IMG/VR virus record: IMGVR_UViG_3300042691_012617
Location: 64,001-128,000 of that record
Strand: one strand, 5' to 3'
Source of the DNA: a virus
DNA length: 64,000 nt
Below, one piece after another: positions 8,265 through 18,365 of the stretch (position 1 is its first letter; every line of letters begins with the position of its first letter). The notes below the pieces were generated by a model that searched no databases, was not told where the DNA came from, and saw nothing but the letters and a program-made list of their open reading frames with translations. Position numbers and translations under genes: made by a program.

Positions 8265-9988
8265 TCTTCGGATATGACTGCAAGGCAACTGTCATTGCGG
8301 CGGGGAACATGTTTGGATACGACATCTTTACGGGTGAAGACTTCGTGAAGCCGTTCGTTGAGGGTGAGACTCTACAGTTACTCTACCCGCCAGACCACGG
8401 AAACAGCGGTTCCAACTTTGAGTTCGACTCTCATCTTGGATCGACCGTTCTTGGCATCTTCGCGCAAGAGCGAGGAAGATCAACTGTCTATCATCCCGAA
8501 ACTGCGGGGCTGATCATCAATCCCGACTCTGTGTATCCATATCAGAGCGAGATCGATATCACCACTCTTCCGACATTCAATTCGGGGCTGAGACCGATTT
8601 CGGATAGAGATGTTACAGCCGACAATGGAATTGATTCATTCCTTCTGAAAGGATCGGTGATTGTTGGTTCTGTCAGCGGTGCTAAGAGATTCTATGCAGG
8701 CCCGTTCAAAGGATTCACCAAGGAAATAGAGTGTGTCTGTGAGGGGGCAACCGCAGTAAACGAGTTGGACGGAATGGATTGCAAGGGCAATCTCAAGGGT
8801 TCTTACTACGAGGATGGGTTCTCTCCTGTTCTGTGCAACCTTTTCAACTACTCAGACCAACCACGAACAATCATCGATGTAGCAACACCGTTCAATCCCC
8901 TGTTCATGAGCAATACACCATACAGCGAGTTGGATTACACATGGATCAATACACGAAATCGCTTCAAGAGACCCGTTCCATACAGTATGGAAAGCGACAG
9001 CGGCAAGGGAGTCTCTGCTGTACTGATCAGCAGCAGACATGCAATTGTGTCGGCATCCACAGACATCGACAATTTGAACCTTCGCTTCTATTCGGCGGTT
9101 AGCGGATTCATAACTCCTACCGTTTCATCCTCTGTCAATACATTCAAGCAGATGTGGGATGTGATTGGCTTTGTCGATGAAAACAGCAGCGCAGAGGTCT
9201 TAGCAAAGTACAATGAGATGGCTGCTTACTTCGATGATATCAAGGTCATCACATTCACAGGGAATCTTCCGAGCGACATCCAACCCATTCAATTGATCGA
9301 CGCTTACGGAAGCAGCCCCGTCTTCTATGGATTGGCAATCGGTCAAGAAGCAAGAGGACATCATGGAACATTCTGCCCACCATTCACAGGAAGTTCATTC
9401 AATCCCTCTGTTCTCCCGACCTTGCTATTCAAGGGATCTGATGCATGTGTAAACATACCATCATCTGAATTGCATGAGATGGGAAATACTGTAAGAACCA
9501 CCGCCGTTGTGCGTGGTGACAATGGCTCTCCCGTTATTACCTATTATCGTGGGAAGCCCGTGTTCCTTGGATTGGTAACAGGAGCAGGGTACACCTATTA
9601 TTCAGACCCGAAAAAGTTGGTTGCGTTTGCATCGCTTCATGGAACGGGAATTGGGTCAAGCAAGCCAATCACATTCCCTTGGGGCACGACATGGACACCT
9701 ATTTCATTCCTCAATCAGTATCTTTCTCTTTCGGGTGTATCCGCAAAGAGCGTGGTGCTGACTAGAGAGACTGTGGATACAAATCAGACATACCCATATC
9801 CTTCAGTTGCCTTTGGAACTGTTGCGCCTACATCAAAATCAAGACGGGCGCAATTGAGAAACACCGATCCTAGCGTGGGCGTGAAGATCAGCGAAGGTGG
9901 ACTTGATAAGTTTGTAAACAAACCATATCTACAGCCCGAATCAAACGGTGAAATCGGAACCACCGTCACAATCGACTTCACGGCATAA
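8261..9988 (+). CDS. Hypothetical protein with degenerate trypsin-like serine protease domain
   Basis: AVLISSRHAIVSAS, DIKVI, GDNGSPV..FLGLV in trypsin order and spacing, with catalytic His and Ser positions substituted. Confidence 0.55.
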   Translation: MIFGYDCKATVIAAGNMFGYDIFTGEDFVKPFVEGETLQLLYPPDHGNSGSNFEFDSHLGSTVLGIFAQERGRSTVYHPETAGLIINPDSVYPYQSEIDITTLPTFNSGLRPISDRDVTADNGIDSFLLKGSVIVGSVSGAKRFYAGPFKGFTKEIECVCEGATAVNELDGMDCKGNLKGSYYEDGFSPVLCNLFNYSDQPRTIIDVATPFNPLFMSNTPYSELDYTWINTRNRFKRPVPYSMESDSGKGVSAVLISSRHAIVSASTDIDNLNLRFYSAVSGFITPTVSSSVNTFKQMWDVIGFVDENSSAEVLAKYNEMAAYFDDIKVITFTGNLPSDIQPIQLIDAYGSSPVFYGLAIGQEARGHHGTFCPPFTGSSFNPSVLPTLLFKGSDACVNIPSSELHEMGNTVRTTAVVRGDNGSPVITYYRGKPVFLGLVTGAGYTYYSDPKKLVAFASLHGTGIGSSKPITFPWGTTWTPISFLNQYLSLSGVSAKSVVLTRETVDTNQTYPYPSVAFGTVAPTSKSRRAQLRNTDPSVGVKISEGGLDKFVNKPYLQPESNGEIGTTVTIDFTA

Positions 9989-10021
9989 CGCCTACATACT
10001 GAACCAAAGGAGAGATACATT

Positions 10022-10342
10022 ATGAGTACTGTGAAACTGTTTAGATTGAATTCGGGCGAAGAAGTGATCAGCAAGGTGTTGGACAATTCCCACACCCATG
10101 CGGGATCTTGGCTACTCAAGTCCCCTGCCATCATCCTCCCTGTCGGCAACGGCAAGTTGGGCATGGCACCTTGGCTCCCATACTGCGAAACCGACAGCAT
10201 GGAACTGCCCGAGAAGGCGGTAGCATTCGTCGCTACTCCAAAGACTCAGTTGGTAAACGACTACAACGAGAACTTCGGTTCAGGTCTCGTCGTTCCTGAC
10301 AAGAGTGTTGAAGCACCGCCTCTGCGTCTGATTACAGAGTGA
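10022..10342 (+). CDS. Conserved T4-like hypothetical protein (Sm-like)
   Basis: VKLFRLNSGEEVI..P.....PW.PY..YNENFGSGLVVP; AAGGAG RBS; CTACATA at 9992-9998. Confidence 0.7.
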   Translation: MSTVKLFRLNSGEEVISKVLDNSHTHAGSWLLKSPAIILPVGNGKLGMAPWLPYCETDSMELPEKAVAFVATPKTQLVNDYNENFGSGLVVPDKSVEAPPLRLITE

Positions 10343-12040
10343 TCAGAACGCTCTGCTGAAGTTCCCACGCTTGGCGAACTGAATGCAGCGGTCGAACTTG
10401 TCCTGCAATACTTCCTTAGGCTTATGGCTAATCACGAAGGTATTCGTACCCGCCTTCGTATTAGCCATAATGTCTAAGAAGGCTTCGATTGCAGAATCGT
10501 CCAAACTACCGTCCAAGATCTCGTCTAGGATCAACAGGTTTGTGGTGATGGAGTTCTTCATCGACGCGATAGCCCTCCATGCAAAGAGAAGGGCTAGATC
10601 GATCTTCTTTTTCTCACCCTCGCTGAACGATGCATATGTGAACACATCACGGTGGCGAGACTTGATGGTCTCGTTGAACTCTTCGTCCAAGTGGAAGTTT
10701 ACAAAGAAAGTCATCTGAGTCAGATACTTGTTGATTGTGTCGTTGATCACGGGAATGTAGTTCTTGATGATGCGGCTCTTGATTCCCGAATCCTTCAGCA
10801 GCGTTCCTGCTAGCGAAAGATAATGTTGCTCTTCGATGAGTTCACGCTTGTTATCAATCGCATCTTCTTCCGATGACAAAGCAGCGGATAGATCGTCCAA
10901 GACATTTCCGACCTTCACCGACTTCTTGGAAGTGATGGTCTTGATGTGCTTTTCCGTGGCTTCGATCTGATTCGTCTTCTTCATGATGATGGAATTCAGG
11001 TCGCTGATCTCAAGCATCACGACTTCGATTGCCTCAATCCGCTTCTCTGCGATCTCGCTCTCCTTGACGATGTCCTTGATCGCCTTCTCCATCTCCGCAG
11101 TCTTTCCCCTGCCCTTGTCAATAGCATCGCGCTTGAAGTCATCCGCGATCTTCTGAGAGCATGTAGGACAGGAATCGTTCTTCTCGTAGAAGGCGATCTC
11201 CTTGTTCAGGGTCTGCATCTTCTTTTGAATCTGTGACCGCAGTTCGGTGTACTTGTCGAAGTTTTTCTTCACCTTGCTGCCATCCACTATCGTTGCCGAA
11301 ATGGCTTCGATCCTCTCCAACGAAGACTTGACTGCGGCACGGGCTTCTTCGATGGTTGCGTTTGCTGCCGCCACCTGTTCAGTCTCCCAAGCCTCGTCCA
11401 TCTCGCTGCGCTTCTTCTCGTCCTCGCACATGCGCTTGAGTACGCTCACGCGCTCCCGCGCGACCGCGAGGGCAGATTCGGCATGCTGCAACTCCTCCTT
11501 GTTCGCGCTGACTCGCTCTTTGAGGTATGCATTCATGGACGAGAATACGCCGATGTCAAGAATGGTCTCCACGACAGCCCTGCGCTCCGCTGCGGTAAGG
11601 CGCATGAATGGGATGTAGTTTGCCGACCCAAGGATGACCACTTGGCAGAACGACTTGTAGTTCATGCCGAGGATGATTTCCTCAAGCATCTTTTGCCCGT
11701 CCCGAGTCTTGGAGTCTTGGTCAAGTTGCTTGCCATCCTTCCAAATCTCAAAGACTTTGGGAGCCTGACCGCGCACGATCTTGTACTCAGACTTGGTGTC
11801 TGAGAACTCAATCTCCACCACACAGTCCTTCTCGTTTACCGAGGAGACAAGTTGCGGAAGATTGATGCTCCGATAAGGCTTGTTGAAAAGGACAAAGGTA
11901 AGAGCATCTAGAAGAGTACTCTTACCCGCCCCGTTTTCACCCAAGATTAGGGTCGTGTCAGTTTTGTCAAACTGGATCTCCGTGAAGTTGTTTCCCGTGC
12001 TGAGAAAGTTCTTCCAACGGATCTTCTTGAACTTGATCAT
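10343..12040 (-). CDS. 46: Recombination ATPase subunit gp46 (Rad50/SbcC-like)
   Basis: GENGAGKST Walker A, CPTC zinc hook, FSEGEK signature, LLILDE Walker B, ISH. Confidence 0.96.
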   Translation of the reverse strand: MIKFKKIRWKNFLSTGNNFTEIQFDKTDTTLILGENGAGKSTLLDALTFVLFNKPYRSINLPQLVSSVNEKDCVVEIEFSDTKSEYKIVRGQAPKVFEIWKDGKQLDQDSKTRDGQKMLEEIILGMNYKSFCQVVILGSANYIPFMRLTAAERRAVVETILDIGVFSSMNAYLKERVSANKEELQHAESALAVARERVSVLKRMCEDEKKRSEMDEAWETEQVAAANATIEEARAAVKSSLERIEAISATIVDGSKVKKNFDKYTELRSQIQKKMQTLNKEIAFYEKNDSCPTCSQKIADDFKRDAIDKGRGKTAEMEKAIKDIVKESEIAEKRIEAIEVVMLEISDLNSIIMKKTNQIEATEKHIKTITSKKSVKVGNVLDDLSAALSSEEDAIDNKRELIEEQHYLSLAGTLLKDSGIKSRIIKNYIPVINDTINKYLTQMTFFVNFHLDEEFNETIKSRHRDVFTYASFSEGEKKKIDLALLFAWRAIASMKNSITTNLLILDEILDGSLDDSAIEAFLDIMANTKAGTNTFVISHKPKEVLQDKFDRCIQFAKRGNFSRAF

Positions 12041-12072
12041 CGTGGTGTAGTCACTCCAAGTAGCATTCCGAA

Positions 12073-12101
12073 ATTATACACCACAAAAAGGGTGATGTCA
12101 A
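12073..12101 (-). promoter_or_regulatory. Perfect-consensus sigma70 promoter for gp46
   Basis: TTGACA-17 nt-TATAAT. Confidence 0.85.
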
Positions 12102-12102
12102 G

Positions 12103-12216
12103 TCACTTGTTCCACGGCATCTTGGTAGATAGCCACTTCCAAAGCGGTGCGCCGATGAGGGCACCCGCTACGAACATGAGGACGCTCCACCATGCTGTTC
12201 CTAGAATGTGTTCCAT
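12103..12216 (-). CDS. 37-aa single-pass membrane microprotein
   Basis: MEHILGTAWWSVLMFVAGALIGAPLWKWLSTKMPWNK; AAGGAG RBS and CTAAATA (12238-12244) upstream; below ORF-track cut-off. Confidence 0.7.
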   Translation of the reverse strand: MEHILGTAWWSVLMFVAGALIGAPLWKWLSTKMPWNK

Positions 12217-12240
12217 TTGTGTTCTCCTTTCTACCTGTAT

Positions 12241-14478
12241 TTAGGTCGTGAAGTACTGATTGGGCAGATGCCGCAGCACTTCCTTATTTGATTGTGTTCG
12301 CAGAGCAGCGGCAGAGACTGTTGGTTTAAGAATCGTATCTCCTGCTTGAATAAATGCAGAGTACCGCGACCGCATCAGTATGCCCTCGTATATGGCACTC
12401 CAATTTGAATACTTTTCGCCGCTGTCTCTGACAAGTAAGAAGGTTCTTGTATCAAATGACGATCTCTTGTAGGTTCTCATGTCCAGTATGAGAGCGTAAT
12501 CGATCTCTTTCCAAGTGCTTTCAGCACCTTCAGTAACTGTAAACTGAAAACCGCCACATGGTTGTGTAACGGTAAACTCGTTGGTGTGGGCACAGATACA
12601 AGCAAGACCTGTCGATGTGCCTTCGTTAAGTCCACCAGGTGGATTGAATAGAGTGACACAATTACAACCATTGATAACATTAACTTGTCTCTTACAAGTA
12701 CTTCCTGCACAGTCATTGTTGACTATGCTTGTCACATCTATTTGATATGGTGTGCATGGACAAGTTGGGGGTGCTGAGTCGTTGCAGGCAGGGCTATTTA
12801 CTGGCGTTGATGTGATCCTGATGTTTGGGCATTCGCAGTTGTTATCAATACCCCCTTGGTCAGTTTCAACCTGAATGCAACAACATCCCAATGCCCCACC
12901 TTGCGTCGAATATGGATTGTTGGTTCCATCGCATGGGCCGCCACCGCCGCAATCACAATCCACACCGCCCAATACCTTCTGAGTCCAATACTGCTCACCA
13001 TATGTCAAATCGCTAGATGATCTGTTTGTTGTATCTGTGATGTCGTATGTTGTGCTAGTTTGAATTGGTTTTGTTGCACCCCGTATCCATCCATTACCAT
13101 TTCCTTGGTCGGGATTTCCATAACCCGCTAGGTTAACGCTTTCGCGGATGTCGTCTAAGTATCCAACGGTCCTCTTTGAAGTGAACCGAAGCAGTTCTAC
13201 CTTCACGCAGGGATCTGCGTATCCGCTTCCTGATGGCACATATCCATCCTCGTATGTTCCTCCGTACATCATCGAAGAGAACATATTTCGTGCGCGGATC
13301 TGTGCATCGTAGCCAGTTGCACCCACGCTAATATCTCCCGTGCATGCGATTTCAACTACTGATGGCATCGGGTCAAAGAAGATGAACCCATCAGAGTTTC
13401 CGTCGATTGCTGCCTGAAGCATGTCGTATCGATATGTCAATGAAGAGTAGTAACCCTCAGATGCATTTGCAGTTACTCCCTCATACGAAGACCCATCGAT
13501 GTCAATGTACTCATTTCCTGCGACTTGCTCGGTAACCGTGTATTGGGATTCGGGATCGTCATACCGAGTCAACGGTCGGGAAGGATACATCGTTGACAGC
13601 AACGGATAATTCCGCACCAACAGACTTCGTGCTTTTGCAGATGACAGTTCACACAGTTTCTTGTTTCTGTTGTAGTTCGAATCGGAATCGTTTCCATACT
13701 CGTAGAAAGGCAGCGAGTCTGTATAGGGGACACGAATATCGGGGCACAGCCAATCAACCGCGCAGTTGTCGAATACCATCTCCTGAATTCCATCGGTGAC
13801 AACCTTTTGATAGAACTCGCGCAATTCTTGTGGAGCATTCATCCAACTGTAGAAATCCGCCGCGCTGCTTCCTGTCGGATGCTCAGGATCCCACCATGCG
13901 GGTGCGGTGTACCCTCCGCTGTTCGTCAGCGAGGCATCCCACACAGGCGACTGTCCAACAGGCGGGGCATATGCCATGACATATGGAATATGGGGAAGAC
14001 CCGCGATAGCCCAATCGATGTTCGGATATTGATTCTTTAGGACTCCAAAGACTGCTTTGATTCCGTTCACATACTGAGTCGCGTTTGCTCCCGCCACCGA
14101 TCCCGTGGAACCGCGAGTCGGGCCAACGATTCCATCTCCAACAATCTTTGTCCAATCAGGGGAGCCTCTGAGGTCGATTAGACCGAGTCCTGTCGTGGAG
14201 GCAGTCACGGGGAAGCGACCCTGTACATAGCCCGTAATCGCCGCTGTAGCCCCGAGGGAGTGAGTATAGAAGGTCAGCCCCTTGTCCGAGACAAACCACA
14301 CAGCGAGGCTCCCTGTGGCTCCTGCGTTGCGGCTAATCGTGTTGAAGAAGGCATCGACATGCTGACCGTAGATGCCGTAGTCGTTCTGTGGTAGGGAGTA
14401 GGTGAGACCGCCCGAGTTCACCGTACTGGACGAGAACGAATAGGCATGATTGTAGATCTGATAATAGTCGTTTGCCAT
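12241..14478 (-). CDS. Large hypothetical late protein with Cys-rich C-terminal region
   Basis: 745-aa ORF after CTAAATA (14506-14512). Confidence 0.7.
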   Translation of the reverse strand: MANDYYQIYNHAYSFSSSTVNSGGLTYSLPQNDYGIYGQHVDAFFNTISRNAGATGSLAVWFVSDKGLTFYTHSLGATAAITGYVQGRFPVTASTTGLGLIDLRGSPDWTKIVGDGIVGPTRGSTGSVAGANATQYVNGIKAVFGVLKNQYPNIDWAIAGLPHIPYVMAYAPPVGQSPVWDASLTNSGGYTAPAWWDPEHPTGSSAADFYSWMNAPQELREFYQKVVTDGIQEMVFDNCAVDWLCPDIRVPYTDSLPFYEYGNDSDSNYNRNKKLCELSSAKARSLLVRNYPLLSTMYPSRPLTRYDDPESQYTVTEQVAGNEYIDIDGSSYEGVTANASEGYYSSLTYRYDMLQAAIDGNSDGFIFFDPMPSVVEIACTGDISVGATGYDAQIRARNMFSSMMYGGTYEDGYVPSGSGYADPCVKVELLRFTSKRTVGYLDDIRESVNLAGYGNPDQGNGNGWIRGATKPIQTSTTYDITDTTNRSSSDLTYGEQYWTQKVLGGVDCDCGGGGPCDGTNNPYSTQGGALGCCCIQVETDQGGIDNNCECPNIRITSTPVNSPACNDSAPPTCPCTPYQIDVTSIVNNDCAGSTCKRQVNVINGCNCVTLFNPPGGLNEGTSTGLACICAHTNEFTVTQPCGGFQFTVTEGAESTWKEIDYALILDMRTYKRSSFDTRTFLLVRDSGEKYSNWSAIYEGILMRSRYSAFIQAGDTILKPTVSAAALRTQSNKEVLRHLPNQYFTT

Positions 14479-14527
14479 GGTACAGGTTCTTGGAAAGGTT
14501 ACCTGTATTTAGCCCAACGGATATCGA

Positions 14528-15001
14528 TCACTTTTTCTTCGGGGGGATTCGCTTTTTCATATCCTCAACCAAGAGCCGACCGAAGTTGGTGACGCTTTCC
14601 ACCGTCTTGCCGACACATTGGCTGTTGTAGATTACTTCAGCGAGTTCGCGTTCTTTAGCCTGTTCATTTCTGAATCGAATGATTTCTTTCTTCGGGACAG
14701 GCTTCTCATCATGCTTGAAGGTGATGTTCTTGAGGCTGACCAAATCCTCCAAGTCATCGACATCCTCCAAGTCCTTATTTACGAACTCTTCGTAGTCAAG
14801 GATGGGCAGGGTGAATGCCTCTGCCATCATCGACCAACATTGGAGGATTTCTGTGGCGTTCTCGCCAAACGGCTCGACGGGTCTTTCGGTGATTCCGTTC
14901 GGTTCGCCCTTTTGGTTGTAGTAAGTTTCGTGGATCCCGTAGGTGACATAGTCGTTCAACCCTACGCGCTGCACACGCTTTACGAGGCGGTAATTCCACA
15001 T
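14528..15001 (-). CDS. Hypothetical phage protein
   Basis: MWNYRLVKR..YGIHETYY..G.P..T..PV pattern; AGGAGG RBS. Confidence 0.7.
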   Translation of the reverse strand: MWNYRLVKRVQRVGLNDYVTYGIHETYYNQKGEPNGITERPVEPFGENATEILQCWSMMAEAFTLPILDYEEFVNKDLEDVDDLEDLVSLKNITFKHDEKPVPKKEIIRFRNEQAKERELAEVIYNSQCVGKTVESVTNFGRLLVEDMKKRIPPKKK

Positions 15002-15082
15002 GGCACACCTCCTGTGAACATCGGATTTGATGCACGGAAGCATCACAGAAACGAACCGATGTCGAAGGTATTTAGACTTGGG

Positions 15083-15685
15083 TTACACGCACTTCTTAAA
15101 GATATCTTCCACCTTTTTCGGTAGGGTGGAATGGCTCTGCTGTCTGAAAGATGAGGGCATTTTGCGGATGTAATAGGGAACCATGGGATCCTTCTTGAAA
15201 TTGTCCAGTTCCTTTCGATGGATCTCCATAAGATGGTGAATATAGACATAGCAGTTTGCTTCCTGCTTGTATCTTTCGATGTCTATATTCAATTGATACT
15301 CTTTCATGACTTCGACTGCGATCATCTCACACTCACGCTCCATGGCACGAACGGCATCAAACGCCTTGTGTACGCGCCGCGTCTCATACTTCTTGCCACG
15401 AAGCCAATCCTCTTGAATGGTTGCGTAGTCGCCCATCGGTCCAAAGCAGAGAGAGTACAGTCTGCTGCCCGACAGCCATTGAATGAAGTGAGAGTATTCG
15501 TGCGCGAGGACTTCAATCCAACGCGGGTTTCCCTTCGCCACGCGGATCTGCTTTTCATCAAAGAACCCAAAGCACTTCACACCATCCACTCGCACAAACT
15601 TACCACGACTGAATACGAGTTTCATTCCGTATTCATTCAGGTCATGTCTTACCGCCTTGACAAAATCTCTCTCGGCGGTAGTCAC
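15083..15685 (-). CDS. Putative HExxH zinc metallopeptidase-like protein
   Basis: VLAHEYSHFIQW plus downstream E.ECE. Confidence 0.6.
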   Translation of the reverse strand: MTTAERDFVKAVRHDLNEYGMKLVFSRGKFVRVDGVKCFGFFDEKQIRVAKGNPRWIEVLAHEYSHFIQWLSGSRLYSLCFGPMGDYATIQEDWLRGKKYETRRVHKAFDAVRAMERECEMIAVEVMKEYQLNIDIERYKQEANCYVYIHHLMEIHRKELDNFKKDPMVPYYIRKMPSSFRQQSHSTLPKKVEDIFKKCV

Positions 15686-15687
15686 GG

Positions 15688-15981
15688 TTAGAACCTCACA
15701 ATTTCTGTTCCATTTTCTTTGACGATGACTGTCTTGTTATCGAACATAACCTTGGAGTTTGAAAGGACTTCTCCCGTCATTCCCGACAAGGATCTACATG
15801 CAGACATGATATTGTTGAGAGCGGCTTTGCCCTTCTTACATTGACATGCGTTTGGATTTGTATAGACTGCCATCAGCGCATAGAAATTGCCCATCACGCC
15901 ATGGGCAGCGGAATTGGCCCCACCCCGCGAGTGAATGTGGTTGAATAATGATTGCATGCTATCGAATGTAATTTCACTCAT
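15688..15981 (-). CDS. Hypothetical protein
   Basis: 97-aa ORF in operon, CQC motif. Confidence 0.6.
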   Translation of the reverse strand: MSEITFDSMQSLFNHIHSRGGANSAAHGVMGNFYALMAVYTNPNACQCKKGKAALNNIMSACRSLSGMTGEVLSNSKVMFDNKTVIVKENGTEIVRF

Positions 15982-16345
15982 CGGAGTTTTCTCCCACCTT
16001 GAAAAGAACCTTCTCTATTGCGCGGAATCCCGAGTATCCCAATTGAGACACAAAGTAGATAGGTGCGCCATATTGAAGTCCACAGAACCATGATGCCGCC
16101 AAAGCCAACCAAAATCCGAGGCAGTATCTGCATAGGAGGAGATCCAACAGGAACCCTCCATGATTGAGTTGCATGAACAAAGAGTACGAGAGCGACCAGT
16201 TGTCTTTCCGTTCGCGCTCGTACTCTAAGATGTGCGTGATGAAGTTCAGGAAAGGAAGTCTGCTCAGGTATGAGTACACCACACTTGTCTCGTAGACCAA
16301 GTAGAGAGCCAATGCGACCCAAAGTGATGCAAGAAGGACTTCCAT
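15974..16345 (-). CDS. Membrane protein with CxxC (DUF1360-like)
   Basis: Hydrophobic segments and LLLCRYCLGFWLAL; CTAAATA at 16359-16365. Confidence 0.6.
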   Translation of the reverse strand: MEVLLASLWVALALYLVYETSVVYSYLSRLPFLNFITHILEYERERKDNWSLSYSLFMQLNHGGFLLDLLLCRYCLGFWLALAASWFCGLQYGAPIYFVSQLGYSGFRAIEKVLFKVGENSDE

Positions 16346-16361
16346 GACGAACTCATTGTAT

Positions 16362-18326
16362 TTAGCCTGTCCGAGTCAGGTCAACTACCTCACACTTGTC
16401 GCCCGAGCAAGCAAATGTTTGGTTTCCGACCGTGTTATCTTCCTTTTCATAATTGGAAAGCAGACTCCAATTTGCATCCTTTGGCATCTTGGCAAGGAGG
16501 GCTTCGTATTCTTCCTTTGTGCAGTCCTGATAAGGTGCCTGACGGTACGAGTGATCGGCAAAGGGAAGGAACGAGATTCCCGACACCTCATCGAAATGCT
16601 TGTACACCCATGCCCCGACATCCATCCATTCGTTCTCCTTGACGGTGACCGTGATGGACGGCTTGTGTTCACACCAATTGCGTTGATAGACGAGCCACAG
16701 GTTCAAGTGTTCAATTGCAGTCATGTCCTTGCGGAATACCGAACCGTCAGGAGACTTCATCGGAAACGAGAAGACCGTGGTGTGTTCAGGCTTCATGACA
16801 TCGGCTTCGTTCGGGAAGCCCATCTCCTTCATCATCTGACACAGCGGATCCTTGTTGTCTGCACGGACGGTGCGGATGTAATAGGGCGCGTGGCGGGCGT
16901 GGATGCCCGAGGCAGCGTCCGTCAACTGAGACACGGTTCCCGATGGCTTGACACAGGTGATCGCTGCCGATTGACTGATACCAATCCGATCTGCCCACTC
17001 CGAGTTGGTGATGACAGCCAACTGACGGAGATTGGAAAGAAGCAGAGACAGACCAAGTTCATCGTGGACCCCACTTCCCGATTGTCCATTCGTCAACTTG
17101 CAATCAAGGATTCCCGTAAGCGATACGCCGAGAAGTGCTTCCTCGCGGCAGTTCTTCGCCCACTCTGAAGAGATGTATTGGAAGTTCGTCAGCGAGGCTT
17201 GCATCGTGCCGAGAATGGTGGCAAGGCGAACCTTGCGCTTCAGGCTCTCTTCCGTATCGTTTTCACGAACAACTACTTCCGTCAGATTGCAGAACTCGCG
17301 GTCACGCAGGATGATCTCGCTGCACGGATTGGTTCCGAATGCATGTGTTGGATCGCGGCGGTCTCCCAACTTCGCTACCGTCTTCTGCGCTGCGGCACGA
17401 TTGAAGATACCGCGCTCACCACTCTTAGACTTGTAGAGAGAGACCCACTCCTCCATGAAGGTACCGATCTCAGGCTTTTCCTTGTAGGCAACGCTGTTGT
17501 TTGCGAGTGCCCGTTGTGCATTGGCTTCCCACCACGCACCACTCTTGGCATCGCGCATGCGCTCGTCCGTGAGATTGGACAGGCTGATGAGTGCCGAGCG
17601 ACGAACACCACCAACCACGACGATCTCAGCGATCTTGCAGACGATGTCGTGGCATTCGATGGAGGTCAACTTGCGACCCGCTGCCCTCTTGAATGTGTCC
17701 ACCGTAAATTGGAAGAGATCATTCAGCGGACGCGGACCACTTGCCCGACCACCGAACACCTTGAGTCGCGCACCCGCAGGACGAACCTTGGAGGTGTCCC
17801 ACTTCGGTACTTGACCAACGATCAGGAGTGAAACGAGTTCGCGGTACGCCTTTGCCCACCCCTGCTTGGAGTCAGCAACGATGATCGTGGTGTCGGTGTC
17901 GGAGAACTCTTCTGCGATGGTTGGCAACTTGTCAACGAACTCGCGTTCAACAGAGAAGCCCACGCCTGTGCCGCACATGAGGACATACAGGATCTCATCG
18001 AATGCGCGGACACGATTGACATGTGCATACGAGCAGTTGTATCCCGCGATGTTGTCACGCTCAAGTGCCTCTCCCGCCGTCATCAAGCAGCGCATGGACG
18101 GAAGCACTTCAAGGTTGAGGACTGCCGTGCGAAGTTCCTCTCGGACTTCCTTGGGCAACTTGAAGTTCTGATTGTCCTTCAGGTGCTTGTCGAAGAAGTT
18201 GAAGTAGCGGTCAACCGTCTCCGTCCAAGTCTCACGCCGACCCATGTCAGGTAGCCACCGACTGTATCTGCTAAGGTGAATGAACTGCTGATACGCTGTC
18301 GGAAGGCTATGTGGATCGTTGCTCAT
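16362..18326 (-). CDS. nrdJ: Class II adenosylcobalamin-dependent ribonucleotide reductase (monomeric RTPR type)
   Basis: YNCSY, CGTGVGFSVE, GGVRRSALI, GTNPCSEI, TCVKPSGTVSQL, EHKPS.T, C-terminal C..D.C pair. Confidence 0.93.
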   Translation of the reverse strand: MSNDPHSLPTAYQQFIHLSRYSRWLPDMGRRETWTETVDRYFNFFDKHLKDNQNFKLPKEVREELRTAVLNLEVLPSMRCLMTAGEALERDNIAGYNCSYAHVNRVRAFDEILYVLMCGTGVGFSVEREFVDKLPTIAEEFSDTDTTIIVADSKQGWAKAYRELVSLLIVGQVPKWDTSKVRPAGARLKVFGGRASGPRPLNDLFQFTVDTFKRAAGRKLTSIECHDIVCKIAEIVVVGGVRRSALISLSNLTDERMRDAKSGAWWEANAQRALANNSVAYKEKPEIGTFMEEWVSLYKSKSGERGIFNRAAAQKTVAKLGDRRDPTHAFGTNPCSEIILRDREFCNLTEVVVRENDTEESLKRKVRLATILGTMQASLTNFQYISSEWAKNCREEALLGVSLTGILDCKLTNGQSGSGVHDELGLSLLLSNLRQLAVITNSEWADRIGISQSAAITCVKPSGTVSQLTDAASGIHARHAPYYIRTVRADNKDPLCQMMKEMGFPNEADVMKPEHTTVFSFPMKSPDGSVFRKDMTAIEHLNLWLVYQRNWCEHKPSITVTVKENEWMDVGAWVYKHFDEVSGISFLPFADHSYRQAPYQDCTKEEYEALLAKMPKDANWSLLSNYEKEDNTVGNQTFACSGDKCEVVDLTRTG

Positions 18327-18356
18327 TGTGTACTCCTGAAAGTTAAGATGCGAGGA

Positions 18357-18363
18357 TATTTAG
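18357..18363 (-). promoter_or_regulatory. Late promoter (CTAAATA) upstream of nrdJ
   Basis: TATTTAG on plus strand in intergenic gap. Confidence 0.55.
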
Positions 18364-18365
18364 AG

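Noticed and set aside
16344-18254. Long plus-strand ORFs opposite nrdJ (and similar ones opposite gp47, uvsW, uvsX)
   Set aside because: Antisense shadows of well-supported genes with no recognisable motifs.
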